In this document: positions 1 to 8,666 of the stretch, piece by piece
Layout of the letters: each line of letters opens with the position of its first letter
Position numbering within the stretch: the first letter of the stretch is position 1
From: Ferroglobus placidus DSM 10642
Lineage (GTDB): Archaea > Halobacteriota > Archaeoglobi > Archaeoglobales > Archaeoglobaceae
Reading direction: 5' to 3'
Length of the DNA stretch: 32,000 nucleotides
NCBI RefSeq assembly: GCF_000025505.1
Contig: NC_013849.1
Location: 1,650,001-1,682,000, forward strand
Made by a program: the position numbers and the translations under genes
Notes under the pieces: model-generated
The model's input: the letters and a program-made list of their open reading frames with translations, nothing else
What the model was told of the DNA's origin: nothing
The model's database searches: none

Positions 1-1774
1 TCATCAGTACGTGGTTTATATACCACTGGTGGTTGAGTTTGTCCTGCCCTTTATACAGATCTACCGTTATCCATTGTTCATGCCAAGCTACTCCGCCAGA
101 TCTGAGACCTTTATTGTTCGGTTCACCTCCAGTCGGGTCTGAATGCCACACTGGCTGATCGAAAATCCCTCTTGCCAAGTCGTTGATCAAATCGTCTCCG
201 AATAGCTTATGATATGTCATCACTCCTATAGCAAGCGTTTTCGCATACTGTCCTCTGTACTGTCCTTGATAGGTAAATCCTCCCGGCAAATGGGTGATCA
301 TTGCAGCCGGATAAGGAGCTCCAGTTATGGATTCGAAGAAGAGATTTTTCATAGCATCTCTGATAGATAGATACGGGTTGAGGTAGTCCAAATACTCTCC
401 GTTATACCCGAGCAGAGAGGACATTACAACAACAAGTATAGGGTTCTCAACAAGCATGTGGTTATTGGGGTCTGCTAAATTACCTTCTCTTGGCAAAGAT
501 TCTTTCGAGTTGTAAACGTGGTAAATGTATACTTTCCACCTAATTTCCTTTGCAATTTCAGCAAGTTTGCTTTCTATCGTGTGATACTGGGTTTTGTTCG
601 TTTTGTAGAGGTACTCTCTCAGGAAATCGAAAGCAAGTGCGTAGTACAAAGCGTTCTTTTCAGCTCTGAGGTATATGTGCTCCTTACCACCGTAAATAGT
701 CTTGTCCTCCACTTCCTTTCCAGCTGTTAAAAGAGCTTCAGCTGCTTTTTCAGCGTATTTTTCATCTCCAGTCAATAAGTAAGCAAAAGCGAGTGCCAGT
801 ATCTTTCTACCTTTGTAGGAAGCGTAGGTCAAATCGTCATCAAGGTAAGAGTTTGCTCTTCCTATGAGCAACTTCCTCCAGCTCTTGTAAGGCTCCACGT
901 CTTTGTACTTGACTATTGGAATTTCCGAAACATCGCTGAAGAGCATATACGGATAGGCTGGAACCAAAAACCTCACAGCTCTGTTGTTCTCCTCAAGTAC
1001 ATCTTCGGAAGAAACAACTCTGACCTCCACTTTAACAACTCCATCTCTGTAATCGTACACTCCGAGGGTTTTGACTACCTCCCCTCCGGAAGGGACAGAA
1101 AAGCTTTCAGTTTCACCAACCTTTTTGTCGTTTATCCACAGCTCAAGCTTTACGTTCTCAGCTTCCAAGCTTCCAACGTTTCTGACTTTAGCCGAGACGC
1201 TCACTGATGTTGGCGAGTCGTAAGGTGTTTCAGGATTGAATGTTATGAAAGAAGGCTTTATCTCAAGTTCTGGCGCATCGGTTATGGGCTGAGAAATAAA
1301 CTCCGCGTAACTTCCACTTTTTCTTTTACTGTCGACCTCTATGAATACAAGCCTTTTTTCCCTTCCAAATATCTTCTTCGCTTCAATTCCGCTGTTCGGA
1401 GGGTTTGTGTTTATCGTCCAAGGTGCAACTTTAAGTTGAGAGCCATTTTTGGTCACTGTAACGTTATCAAGCAAAATCCACCCACCACCAGCAAGGCTGA
1501 CGTATCTTATCTTCACCCTTTTTCCGTAAGCATCCCCCAAATCAACTACAACATGCATTGGGTCTATCGGTGGAGCTCTTCCTCCACTTCTTGGAAAATC
1601 CGTTGCTCTAAATGTTTTTATTAGCTGATCTTCAACATAAATTTCCAGCTTTGCGGTCGTCGGATACCAGTATCCTTTAATATCGAAAGATAATTCATAG
1701 TTCTGAGCTGTAACTGGTTGGAATAACAGTCCTATTAAGAATATTAAACCCAACAAGTATAAGTCCCATCTCAT
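1..1774 (-). CDS. Secreted polysaccharide-lyase-like protein: signal peptide, CARDB-like Ig domain, and a heparinase II/III or alginate-lyase-type helical domain. The C-terminus runs off the window.
   Basis: Absent from the ORF track because it has no stop inside the window. The reverse frame opens with ATG at 1774-1772 (MRWDLYLLGLIFLIGLLFQPVTAQ, signal-peptide-like). The stretches I checked codon by codon (1561-1774 and 1-60) have no stop, the frame reaches position 2 (...KLNHQWYINHVLM), and a by-eye translation of the rest showed no stop. It contains a CARDB-like stretch (VSVSAKVRNVGSLEAENVKLELWINDKKVGE). It also has a helical region resembling heparinase II/III or alginate lyase N-domains (LALAFAYLLTGDEKYAEKAAEALL; DPNNHML). 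Confidence 0.55.
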   Translation of the reverse strand, partial: MRWDLYLLGLIFLIGLLFQPVTAQNYELSFDIKGYWYPTTAKLEIYVEDQLIKTFRATDFPRSGGRAPPIDPMHVVVDLGDAYGKRVKIRYVSLAGGGWILLDNVTVTKNGSQLKVAPWTINTNPPNSGIEAKKIFGREKRLVFIEVDSKRKSGSYAEFISQPITDAPELEIKPSFITFNPETPYDSPTSVSVSAKVRNVGSLEAENVKLELWINDKKVGETESFSVPSGGEVVKTLGVYDYRDGVVKVEVRVVSSEDVLEENNRAVRFLVPAYPYMLFSDVSEIPIVKYKDVEPYKSWRKLLIGRANSYLDDDLTYASYKGRKILALAFAYLLTGDEKYAEKAAEALLTAGKEVEDKTIYGGKEHIYLRAEKNALYYALAFDFLREYLYKTNKTQYHTIESKLAEIAKEIRWKVYIYHVYNSKESLPREGNLADPNNHMLVENPILVVVMSSLLGYNGEYLDYLNPYLSIRDAMKNLFFESITGAPYPAAMITHLPGGFTYQGQYRGQYAKTLAIGVMTYHKLFGDDLINDLARGIFDQPVWHSDPTGGEPNNKGLRSGGVAWHEQWITVDLYKGQDKLNHQWYINHVLM

Positions 1775-1845
1775 GATAATAGTTGTAATGGTGAGTAGAA
1801 AAGCTTTTCTATTACTTTTGTGAGATACAAAATTTCCGTTAAACA

Positions 1846-1851
1846 TTTATA
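1846..1851 (+). promoter_or_regulatory. Candidate TATA box (TTTATA) for the 1893 gene
   Basis: TTTATA lies 42 nt upstream of the ATG in a 118-bp AT-rich divergent intergenic region. GAGGT at 1880-1884 sits 8 nt before the ATG as a Shine-Dalgarno-like element. Confidence 0.3.
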
Positions 1852-1892
1852 CCACTTACTTTATCTATTAAGGTTAACTGAGGTCAGTATGC

Positions 1893-4800
1893 ATGAAAAT
1901 CAATGATATAAAAAGATTATTAAACTTAAAAAGTTTAAATATAGACTCATTCATCGCCATTTTAGCACTCCTATTCTTCGTAGGCTTCGCAGCTCCAACG
2001 ATATTTTTCTACATACCCCACGGAACGGACTCCTACACACATCTTTTTTACACGAGAATTTTTTATGAAACTAACTCTATCGAAGAATTCTACAACAAGC
2101 TTCAGAACGATTACTTCACAAAAACAAGTTATCCTTTTGGATTCAGGCTTTTCAGCTCATTAGTTATGAAAATTTCTTCAATCGACGCTTTTTCCCTCTC
2201 AATTTTACAGCCGTTGATTCTTCTTATGCTCTCCTCCCTCCTTTACTACATATACTCGAAAGAGCTGATCCCGGAAAAAGACTCGAAGGTTCACGCTTTT
2301 TCAGTACTCTTCATGCTCAGCATGCCAGTAATAACTATTGGAATCTTGAACTTCGAAACAGATTCTTTCATGTTTCCGTTTGTGATCTTAATTTTCACGC
2401 TGCTTTTGGTAGAAAAACCAAAACAGCTGTTCATTTTGACGGTTCTTTTATGCTTAACACCGATTTTCCACGCTGGTACGTACCTATTCTTATTTTCTTT
2501 CTTCCTGGTATACATAATCGTTTATTCAGTAATCTACAACAGAATTCCGAAAGCAGTATTTTCATTTTCAGCAATGCTCCTTTCCTACGTTTCACTTGTA
2601 AACATCTTTCCTGAAATTCACCCACAGTTCGGTACCAAAGCGCTGTTTATTCTCAGAATTTCGGATAAAATTGCCGGAATAACAGGATTAAATATTTTCA
2701 GATCGATAGGTGATTCAATTTACGGGGGTTTGTTCAGCGAACCTTCACTTATTAACGTATTCTATGCGGTAATCGCTCTTTACTTCCTTTCAATCCTCGC
2801 AACGAAGGTTTCGACTTTCGTTAAAAACAAAGGAACGTTTTCTTTTGCAATAGCATTTGCAACGGTACCAAAAAGTCCAATATTTTTACCCTTCTGGATT
2901 GGACCGCTCCAAACACTCCTATCCCTTCTGAGTTTAAAGAGAGTTGATAAAAAAATAACAAGCATACTGATACCGCTGTTAATAATCGTTCTTCCTTCAG
3001 CAATGATAACCGGGGAGAGGGGGTTAAGAGAAATTCAGTATCTCTTCCTCATTATCCCTATCCTCTCGACGCTCGGTTTCTTACAAGTCGTAAGAACGAT
3101 TAAAGAAAAAATTTCAAGTGAGAGGATTAGAGGTGCCGCTTTATTCTTTGCATTTTTTTCAATTTTTCTAAGCTTCGGCATAATTTCCGTTTTTGGAAAC
3201 GCATACTACCATCCAAAGATAAGCATACCTCAGGAAGACAAGTTCGGACTTGAATGGTTGAGAAATGTTGGTTCAGAAAAAGAAGGTGTAGGAGAAATCG
3301 GCTACGGACATAGAGTAAGCGTTTACGCCAGTAAAATTCCCCCTTCAGCTGTGTGGATTCCAGCTGGAAAGGAGATGAGAAGGTATCTAATAGATTATTC
3401 AAAAGCAGTTGTTGAAGGAGATATTGATGCTGCCAAAGACCTATCAAGCTCTTTCGGTGCGAAATATCTGATAGTCTCCAGCAAAACTCTAAAAGGATTA
3501 AAAACGAGCTGGAAGGAGATAAATCTGTTCGATAGCGTGAGTTACGACAAGATTCTCTCAAGCAAGGAGTTTGCAATAGCTCGGTTTATAGAAGAAAAAC
3601 TCGTTCTTTCCGATATTCATCCAGAAGTCCAACTCGAAGAACATCCGACGGTAAAAGATGCAGGAAACTTCTTGCTCGTGGAAACCAAGTCTTACAAAAT
3701 CAGGGTAGGAAAAACATCTCCAAAAATAGATTACCTCGGAACTAAAACTGAGAACTATCTTGAAGAAGGGAGCGCACTTGACTACGTTATTTTCGGGAAG
3801 ATTAAAGGGGAGATAATTCAAGGAGTTGAGTTTTCGAAAGTGCTTCTTGGAGAGAACATCGTCGAATACAGAGGAGAGATTACAAAAGATTACATTCCAG
3901 TGGCAACCCTAATTGTAAGATACACTTTCTATCCCGAAGCAGTAAAGAAGGAAGTGACGGTGTTTAACGATTACAACAACATAAGGGTGCCGGTCAAAAT
4001 TACAACGAGATTTTACGCACCCTACACTCACTTTACTACGTTAAGCGAAAGTGGAGAAAAGTTTAACAGAACAATCTACCCTAACGAGGATTACGTTTTG
4101 CTGAGAGACCTTGAGTTTAGAGAAATTTTCGTTTACAACGAGCAGAGGAAAGGAATTTACCTGTCTTTCGAGAAAACATCTCCGCTACCAGATAGAATTT
4201 CCTACTCCGGTTCCACAAAGCATAAGGGGTACAGCAGAATAGACTTCTCAGTTAAAAAGGATTTGACAAGGGTTTATCCGGGAGAGAGGGTTACTGTAAC
4301 ACAGTGGATATCAGTAGGGGAAGAAAATAAGGCAAAAATGCGAATAGAGAATTCGAGTTTCGTAAATTTACACCCTTACGTGAAAAAACCAGCGATCTTA
4401 ATCGTAAAATTTAAAGAAGACGTAAACGACAGCATTCTGCAAAGGATAGAAAGTCTAAACTTCCCGGTCGTTCTCTCAATTCCCCTCCACAAGCAGATAA
4501 ACATTCAAAAGCTGAAAAACTACTCTTCGGATAACTTTCAGCTGGCTGCGTATTTGAAAATCAGAAACGACACAATCAGGGAAGAGTACTATAAAAACAT
4601 ACCAAATATATCTAAATTTTATCCAGTAAAAGCTATCGTCGACCCTTACGCTAATTTAAGATCTATAATGTTGTTTGAAGAGTACGGAATAAGGTACGTT
4701 TTCAACAGATACGTGTCTCCGCCGTATCTAACGCTATTCGACGAGGGAGAGAGGTTTCCGACGATTGCGGTGGTGAGAGGAAAAGAGACGAATGTTACGC

Positions 4801-5261
4801 TCTTACCCATCTCTTCCCCAACTCTTTCAGCAGAGAGCTCAGAGAGGGGATGGAGAGAAGTAGAAAACATCGTTCGTGCAATAGCAGACAGCAATGAAAT
4901 AATCATCTTGGAAGTTGAAGACTCAGTTTTTTACGACAATAGCAGTTTCAAAAGGTTGCAGAGGACAATAGATTTCTTAACTAAAAACGAATTTGAAATT
5001 GTTAAACTCGAAGAAGTCAGAGAAGAGTTGGTAGCAATAGAGAAAATGAGCGTTAATATCTCCGGAAAATATCCAGAGAACTTCACAGTTAACATCTATT
5101 CCAAAGAAAATTTACCAGAAGCTGAGATTTTAATAAAGCTATCAATAGGAGATTTCAAAATCTCAGCAGAAAATGCCAAAATTGAAAAGCGGGGGAGTGT
5201 AATAAAAGCGTATTTAAACATTAGCAGCAAAACAGCAAGAATTCAAGTCAAATTTTCTTAA
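1893..5261 (+). CDS. Large polytopic membrane protein with GT-C-like architecture (~13 TM helices plus a ~670-aa extracytoplasmic domain). Function uncertain; possible glycan polymerase or transferase.
   Basis: 1122-aa ORF starting at ATG. The first ~450 aa contain about 13 hydrophobic helices (FIAILALLFFVGFAAPTIFFYI, LFILTVLLCLTPIFHAGTYLFLFSFFLVYIIVY, GAALFFAFFSIFLSFGIISVFG and others). The first loop, HGTDSYTHLFYTR, resembles the acidic first-loop motif of GT-C enzymes. The long C-terminal part is non-hydrophobic. There is no WWDYG motif, so it is not a canonical AglB/STT3. Confidence 0.55.
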   Translation: MKINDIKRLLNLKSLNIDSFIAILALLFFVGFAAPTIFFYIPHGTDSYTHLFYTRIFYETNSIEEFYNKLQNDYFTKTSYPFGFRLFSSLVMKISSIDAFSLSILQPLILLMLSSLLYYIYSKELIPEKDSKVHAFSVLFMLSMPVITIGILNFETDSFMFPFVILIFTLLLVEKPKQLFILTVLLCLTPIFHAGTYLFLFSFFLVYIIVYSVIYNRIPKAVFSFSAMLLSYVSLVNIFPEIHPQFGTKALFILRISDKIAGITGLNIFRSIGDSIYGGLFSEPSLINVFYAVIALYFLSILATKVSTFVKNKGTFSFAIAFATVPKSPIFLPFWIGPLQTLLSLLSLKRVDKKITSILIPLLIIVLPSAMITGERGLREIQYLFLIIPILSTLGFLQVVRTIKEKISSERIRGAALFFAFFSIFLSFGIISVFGNAYYHPKISIPQEDKFGLEWLRNVGSEKEGVGEIGYGHRVSVYASKIPPSAVWIPAGKEMRRYLIDYSKAVVEGDIDAAKDLSSSFGAKYLIVSSKTLKGLKTSWKEINLFDSVSYDKILSSKEFAIARFIEEKLVLSDIHPEVQLEEHPTVKDAGNFLLVETKSYKIRVGKTSPKIDYLGTKTENYLEEGSALDYVIFGKIKGEIIQGVEFSKVLLGENIVEYRGEITKDYIPVATLIVRYTFYPEAVKKEVTVFNDYNNIRVPVKITTRFYAPYTHFTTLSESGEKFNRTIYPNEDYVLLRDLEFREIFVYNEQRKGIYLSFEKTSPLPDRISYSGSTKHKGYSRIDFSVKKDLTRVYPGERVTVTQWISVGEENKAKMRIENSSFVNLHPYVKKPAILIVKFKEDVNDSILQRIESLNFPVVLSIPLHKQINIQKLKNYSSDNFQLAAYLKIRNDTIREEYYKNIPNISKFYPVKAIVDPYANLRSIMLFEEYGIRYVFNRYVSPPYLTLFDEGERFPTIAVVRGKETNVTLLPISSPTLSAESSERGWREVENIVRAIADSNEIIILEVEDSVFYDNSSFKRLQRTIDFLTKNEFEIVKLEEVREELVAIEKMSVNISGKYPENFTVNIYSKENLPEAEILIKLSIGDFKISAENAKIEKRGSVIKAYLNISSKTARIQVKFS

Positions 5262-6741
5262 GCTTGGATATCGCTTTTCTTATTTTTTCACTTTCTTTAT
5301 TTGAAGTGTGCTTGACATCTTTTTTCTCATCAAATATTTCCACCAGCACACGCCCATCAACATCTTCGGGAATCGGTAAATCGAGAGCGTAAAGAATCGT
5401 CGGAAATAAATCGTAAATTTTTGCATTAACTTCACCTCTCTTTATATTTTTCCCGTAAGCAGCGAAAATACCTTGAAGAGAGTGATAGCCTCCCTGTGAA
5501 AAGCGTTCAAAAGTTTCACCCACAATGCCGGAATCGAGGATAAAGCCGTTCGTTACAACTATGAAATCGGGAGCGTCATTCAAACAAGCTCCACTGTAAA
5601 CGTCATTTTTTGTAAAAACTTTTTTAACGACCTTTTTCCCTTGGTATTCGAGAATGCTCAAGAGCCTTAAGACCTCATGGAACGTCCTATCGTAATCTCC
5701 ACTGTCTTTTAGGTAAATAGTTGAGGAAAGTGGTGTAAGAACATAAGCTTTGGATTTCTCATAATCGACCCTTACCAAATAGCTAACTTCCCTTCCCTTA
5801 AACACAAGCCTGTAGATCTTTTTAGCAATCGTAGACGTCTTCGAATATAGAAGTATCTTGTAAAATATTTTTGGAATTCTTAACCTTCTTTTTTCCGTAC
5901 CAAACGCAGATTTAACATGAGTTTCAAGAATGGAAGTTTCTTCTTTCTTTACAATTTTAGGCTCCAGAAGGTTTTTATCGTGGAAAATTTTGTTAATTCT
6001 CACAAGGTAGTCGTAATCTGAAAAACCGTGATCTGAAACGACAAAAACAGTCGTATCGTCTTCGATTCTTTCAATTACCCATGCTAAAAATTCATCAACG
6101 AGCTTGAACACCTCCAAAAGTCTGCTGTTACCATTCTTAATTTCCCCCCAAAAGTTGTGAAGGATCGTGTCCGTTTCCCTAAAAAGGATGAAGAAGAATT
6201 GCCAATCTTCCTCAGAGAATACTTTTTTCCCAAGTTCCACTTGGCTTCTGGTTGTTTCAATTACGTCCTTTATTAGCTCCTCGCCACTCTTGTTGGGGTC
6301 TGAATAAACTGAGTAGTTGGATAGATCAATGCTTCCTTTCGGATAAACTTCTTTTTGAGGGTAAAGAAAATCTGAAATCATTATTCCGTTAAAATCAATT
6401 TTTGGTGGAAAAGACAAAGGTAATGCAATTATCACACTTCTAATTCCGTAATTCGACAGAACTTCGTAGATTGCTTTACCTTTAACATCTTTCGATCGAT
6501 TTAGCTTCATTTTTCCATTTTCCAGCTTAACGAAATCGAAAATACCATGCTTCCCGGGATTCTTACCTGTGTAAAAGGATACCCAAGCAGGAGCTGTTAA
6601 GGGGGGAAGAGTTGACTCCAAAAATCCCCAAGAACCGTTTTCTATAATCTTCTTTAATCCCTTCAGTTCGTTTCGATCGCACATCGGCTTTAAGATATTC
6701 CAGCTACCTCCATCAATTCCCACAACCACAATCCTCTTCAT
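5248..6741 (-). CDS. Alkaline-phosphatase-superfamily enzyme (type I phosphodiesterase / nucleotide pyrophosphatase family), apparently soluble
   Basis: Motifs: VVVGIDGGSW (metal-binding Asp), LPPLTAPAWVSFYTGKNPGKHGI (nucleophile Thr region) and VVSDHGF. No TM segments. The ORF track starts at GTG 6750 (GTGA overlap with the flippase stop). I prefer ATG 6741, which has GGAG 8 nt upstream. The 3' end overlaps the convergent 1893-5261 gene by 14 nt. Confidence 0.8.
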   Translation of the reverse strand: MKRIVVVGIDGGSWNILKPMCDRNELKGLKKIIENGSWGFLESTLPPLTAPAWVSFYTGKNPGKHGIFDFVKLENGKMKLNRSKDVKGKAIYEVLSNYGIRSVIIALPLSFPPKIDFNGIMISDFLYPQKEVYPKGSIDLSNYSVYSDPNKSGEELIKDVIETTRSQVELGKKVFSEEDWQFFFILFRETDTILHNFWGEIKNGNSRLLEVFKLVDEFLAWVIERIEDDTTVFVVSDHGFSDYDYLVRINKIFHDKNLLEPKIVKKEETSILETHVKSAFGTEKRRLRIPKIFYKILLYSKTSTIAKKIYRLVFKGREVSYLVRVDYEKSKAYVLTPLSSTIYLKDSGDYDRTFHEVLRLLSILEYQGKKVVKKVFTKNDVYSGACLNDAPDFIVVTNGFILDSGIVGETFERFSQGGYHSLQGIFAAYGKNIKRGEVNAKIYDLFPTILYALDLPIPEDVDGRVLVEIFDEKKDVKHTSNKESEKIRKAISKLKKI

Positions 6742-6746
6742 TTGGG

Positions 6747-8171
6747 TCACTCCATTTTAATCAGCTTTATCAGAATTCTCCTGTCACTTTCATCGAAAAT
6801 CTTGGCGTAGAGAAAAGCTAAAATCGCTATTAAACCTACGACAAGAATTAACGAGTTTTTACTCAAGATAGAAGCGTAAACGAAGGATGCCGAGAGTAAA
6901 ACAACTATCGTCGATTGGATAAAAAGGGGTTTGGAAAAGTCGAAGTGTCTTATGGCTACAAAACCTAAGAAAGCAAATGAAAAAGATCTCGCTATAAGTG
7001 TTGCAAAGCTCGCTCCAACAAAACTCCAGATCGGAATTAAAAGGAAATTGAGAAAAACGTTCAAAATCGCCGCAGCTGCCACCTGGTATGTTTTAATTAT
7101 CTGCATGTCTGCAGATCTAAAAAGGTTTCCCAACACAACATTGAAATACAAAAAAAGCTGGGACCAAGCTAAAATTTTTAAAGGCTCAGCAGAGCTGGAA
7201 AATTCTTCCCCAAAAATCGTAAGAATAAGAGTTTCGGAAAAACCACTCAAAGTCACTACAATAAACAATCCAACAACCAAAACGAACTTGAAAGAAATTT
7301 CACTCGTTTTAACAAGAGATGCTGTGGATTTTGTAAAAAGTCTCGATGTAACCGGGTAGAGGGCTGCTATAAACATTAGAGGAAGAAAGTTTAACGCAAA
7401 AACCATTCGGTAGGCTGCGCTGTAAAACCCTACTGCCCTTTCTCCAACCATAGCATACAGCATAATTTTGTCGGTATCGTTTAGAATTACAACAAAAGCC
7501 GTCGCAGCCCAGAAAGGGATACCTTCTCTGAAAACCATTTTCCAGAAACTTTTATCGAATTCGAAGGAAATTCTTTCGAGCATGATCTTTTTTACGAGTG
7601 CTGATATGAGAAACGTGAAGGAGATTGCGTTTGCGATTAGATACAACACTCCAAATTCCACCAAGCCAAAATTAAAAAGAACTAAAACGACAGTTCCGCT
7701 AAGTAAGGTGGCGCTTCTCAAAATTTTACCTAAAGAGATGTAGATCATTTCTTCAAGTCCTTGAAAGATCGATCGGAATATCGAAGCTAATGAGTCTATA
7801 GCGACTGCTAAACCAAGCAGATATGCTAAAAGCTTAGCTTCTTGCGGGTAATTTGCAAAAAATAGATAGAGGAAAAATGCCCCAAAAACTACAACCACTA
7901 TTATCGATTTTAACAGGAGCAGATTTGAAAAGAACTTTTTCGCAACTGCTTTATTTCTCGCAACCTCTCTTATCGTCAATTCAAAAAAGCCAACGTCCGT
8001 GAACAATCTGAGCACTCCTGTTAAAGCAAGGAAAAAAGAAAGAACTCCGAAACCTTCAACTAATAAATGTCTCGCGAGGAGTATGGTATAACTGACCGTG
8101 AAAACTTTCGCACCAATTTCCCCAAAAACCATAACAAGGGTGTTTTTAGCAACTCTTCTGGCGGTACTCAT
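6747..8171 (-). CDS. Polysaccharide/oligosaccharide flippase (Wzx-like, MOP superfamily)
   Basis: 474 aa and highly hydrophobic throughout (about 12-14 TM). The N-terminus, ARRVAKNTLVMVFGEIGAKVFTVSYTILLARHL, is typical of the Polysacc_synt family. ATGA overlap with the upstream GNAT gene. Confidence 0.8.
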   Translation of the reverse strand: MSTARRVAKNTLVMVFGEIGAKVFTVSYTILLARHLLVEGFGVLSFFLALTGVLRLFTDVGFFELTIREVARNKAVAKKFFSNLLLLKSIIVVVVFGAFFLYLFFANYPQEAKLLAYLLGLAVAIDSLASIFRSIFQGLEEMIYISLGKILRSATLLSGTVVLVLFNFGLVEFGVLYLIANAISFTFLISALVKKIMLERISFEFDKSFWKMVFREGIPFWAATAFVVILNDTDKIMLYAMVGERAVGFYSAAYRMVFALNFLPLMFIAALYPVTSRLFTKSTASLVKTSEISFKFVLVVGLFIVVTLSGFSETLILTIFGEEFSSSAEPLKILAWSQLFLYFNVVLGNLFRSADMQIIKTYQVAAAAILNVFLNFLLIPIWSFVGASFATLIARSFSFAFLGFVAIRHFDFSKPLFIQSTIVVLLSASFVYASILSKNSLILVVGLIAILAFLYAKIFDESDRRILIKLIKME

Positions 8172-8665
8172 TTATTCCCTCCAAAAATTCGTAAACGGTA
8201 TTTAACGAAAAAACTGAATCTGCAAATAAGCCTAAACAAAAGAACGACGATTGGCTGGAAAAATTTGTATCTCGTCATTCTGATCATGTAGTAAAATTCA
8301 TCGTCTTCTTTAACGATTCTGTAATCTACATCTCCGTATAGTGACAAAGCTCTTTTATTGTTCTTCCGAACTATAACCTTCACAATGAAATAATTTTCTT
8401 CGACGCATTCTTTCAGTCTTAAGTGCAGTTTTTTCCCTACCCCTTTGCCTTGGTGTTCTCCCCTAACAACCAAGTACAAACGGGGAAAAACTCTGCCTTT
8501 AATGGTGCCGCAAATCCCCGCTATTTCACCATTCACTCTTTCAGCAAGAATAACGTCCGACTTCATTAAATCTTCTAAGGGAGTTCTAAACGCCTCTTTT
8601 TCCTCCTTCAAAGAAGAAACGAAATCTGCAAGCTCCTCTCGTGTCAGTTCCCATTTTTCAGACAT
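8168..8665 (-). CDS. GNAT-family N-acetyltransferase
   Basis: Acetyl-CoA-binding signature VVRGEHQGKGVGKKLHLRL (R/Q-x-x-G-x-G/A). The core is followed by an unusual ~35-aa basic and hydrophobic tail (FFQPIVVLLFRLICRFSFFVKYRLRIF). Confidence 0.75.
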   Translation of the reverse strand: MSEKWELTREELADFVSSLKEEKEAFRTPLEDLMKSDVILAERVNGEIAGICGTIKGRVFPRLYLVVRGEHQGKGVGKKLHLRLKECVEENYFIVKVIVRKNNKRALSLYGDVDYRIVKEDDEFYYMIRMTRYKFFQPIVVLLFRLICRFSFFVKYRLRIFGGNK

Positions 8666-8666
8666 C

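Noticed and set aside
2291-4906. Several 60-149-aa minus-strand ORFs inside the 1893-5261 gene (for example 3127-3576).
   Set aside because: They lie entirely antisense within a long ORF that has coherent TM and soluble-domain structure. Their translations are low-complexity (S/L/R/K-rich) with no recognisable motifs. They look like AT-rich antisense frame artefacts.
1893-5261. Calling the 1122-aa membrane protein AglB (the archaeal oligosaccharyltransferase).
   Set aside because: The obligatory WWDYG motif is absent, and no WWD string occurs anywhere in the protein. Only the general GT-C-like architecture can be claimed.
6931-7743. Plus-strand ORFs of 142 and 91 aa opposite the flippase gene. 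Similar antisense or alternative-frame ORFs occur at 9897-10322, 21448-21834, 23656-24048, 25394-25774, 31118-31528 and others.
   Set aside because: Each is nested in a gene with strong family motifs on the other strand or frame. None has its own motifs or start-site signals.
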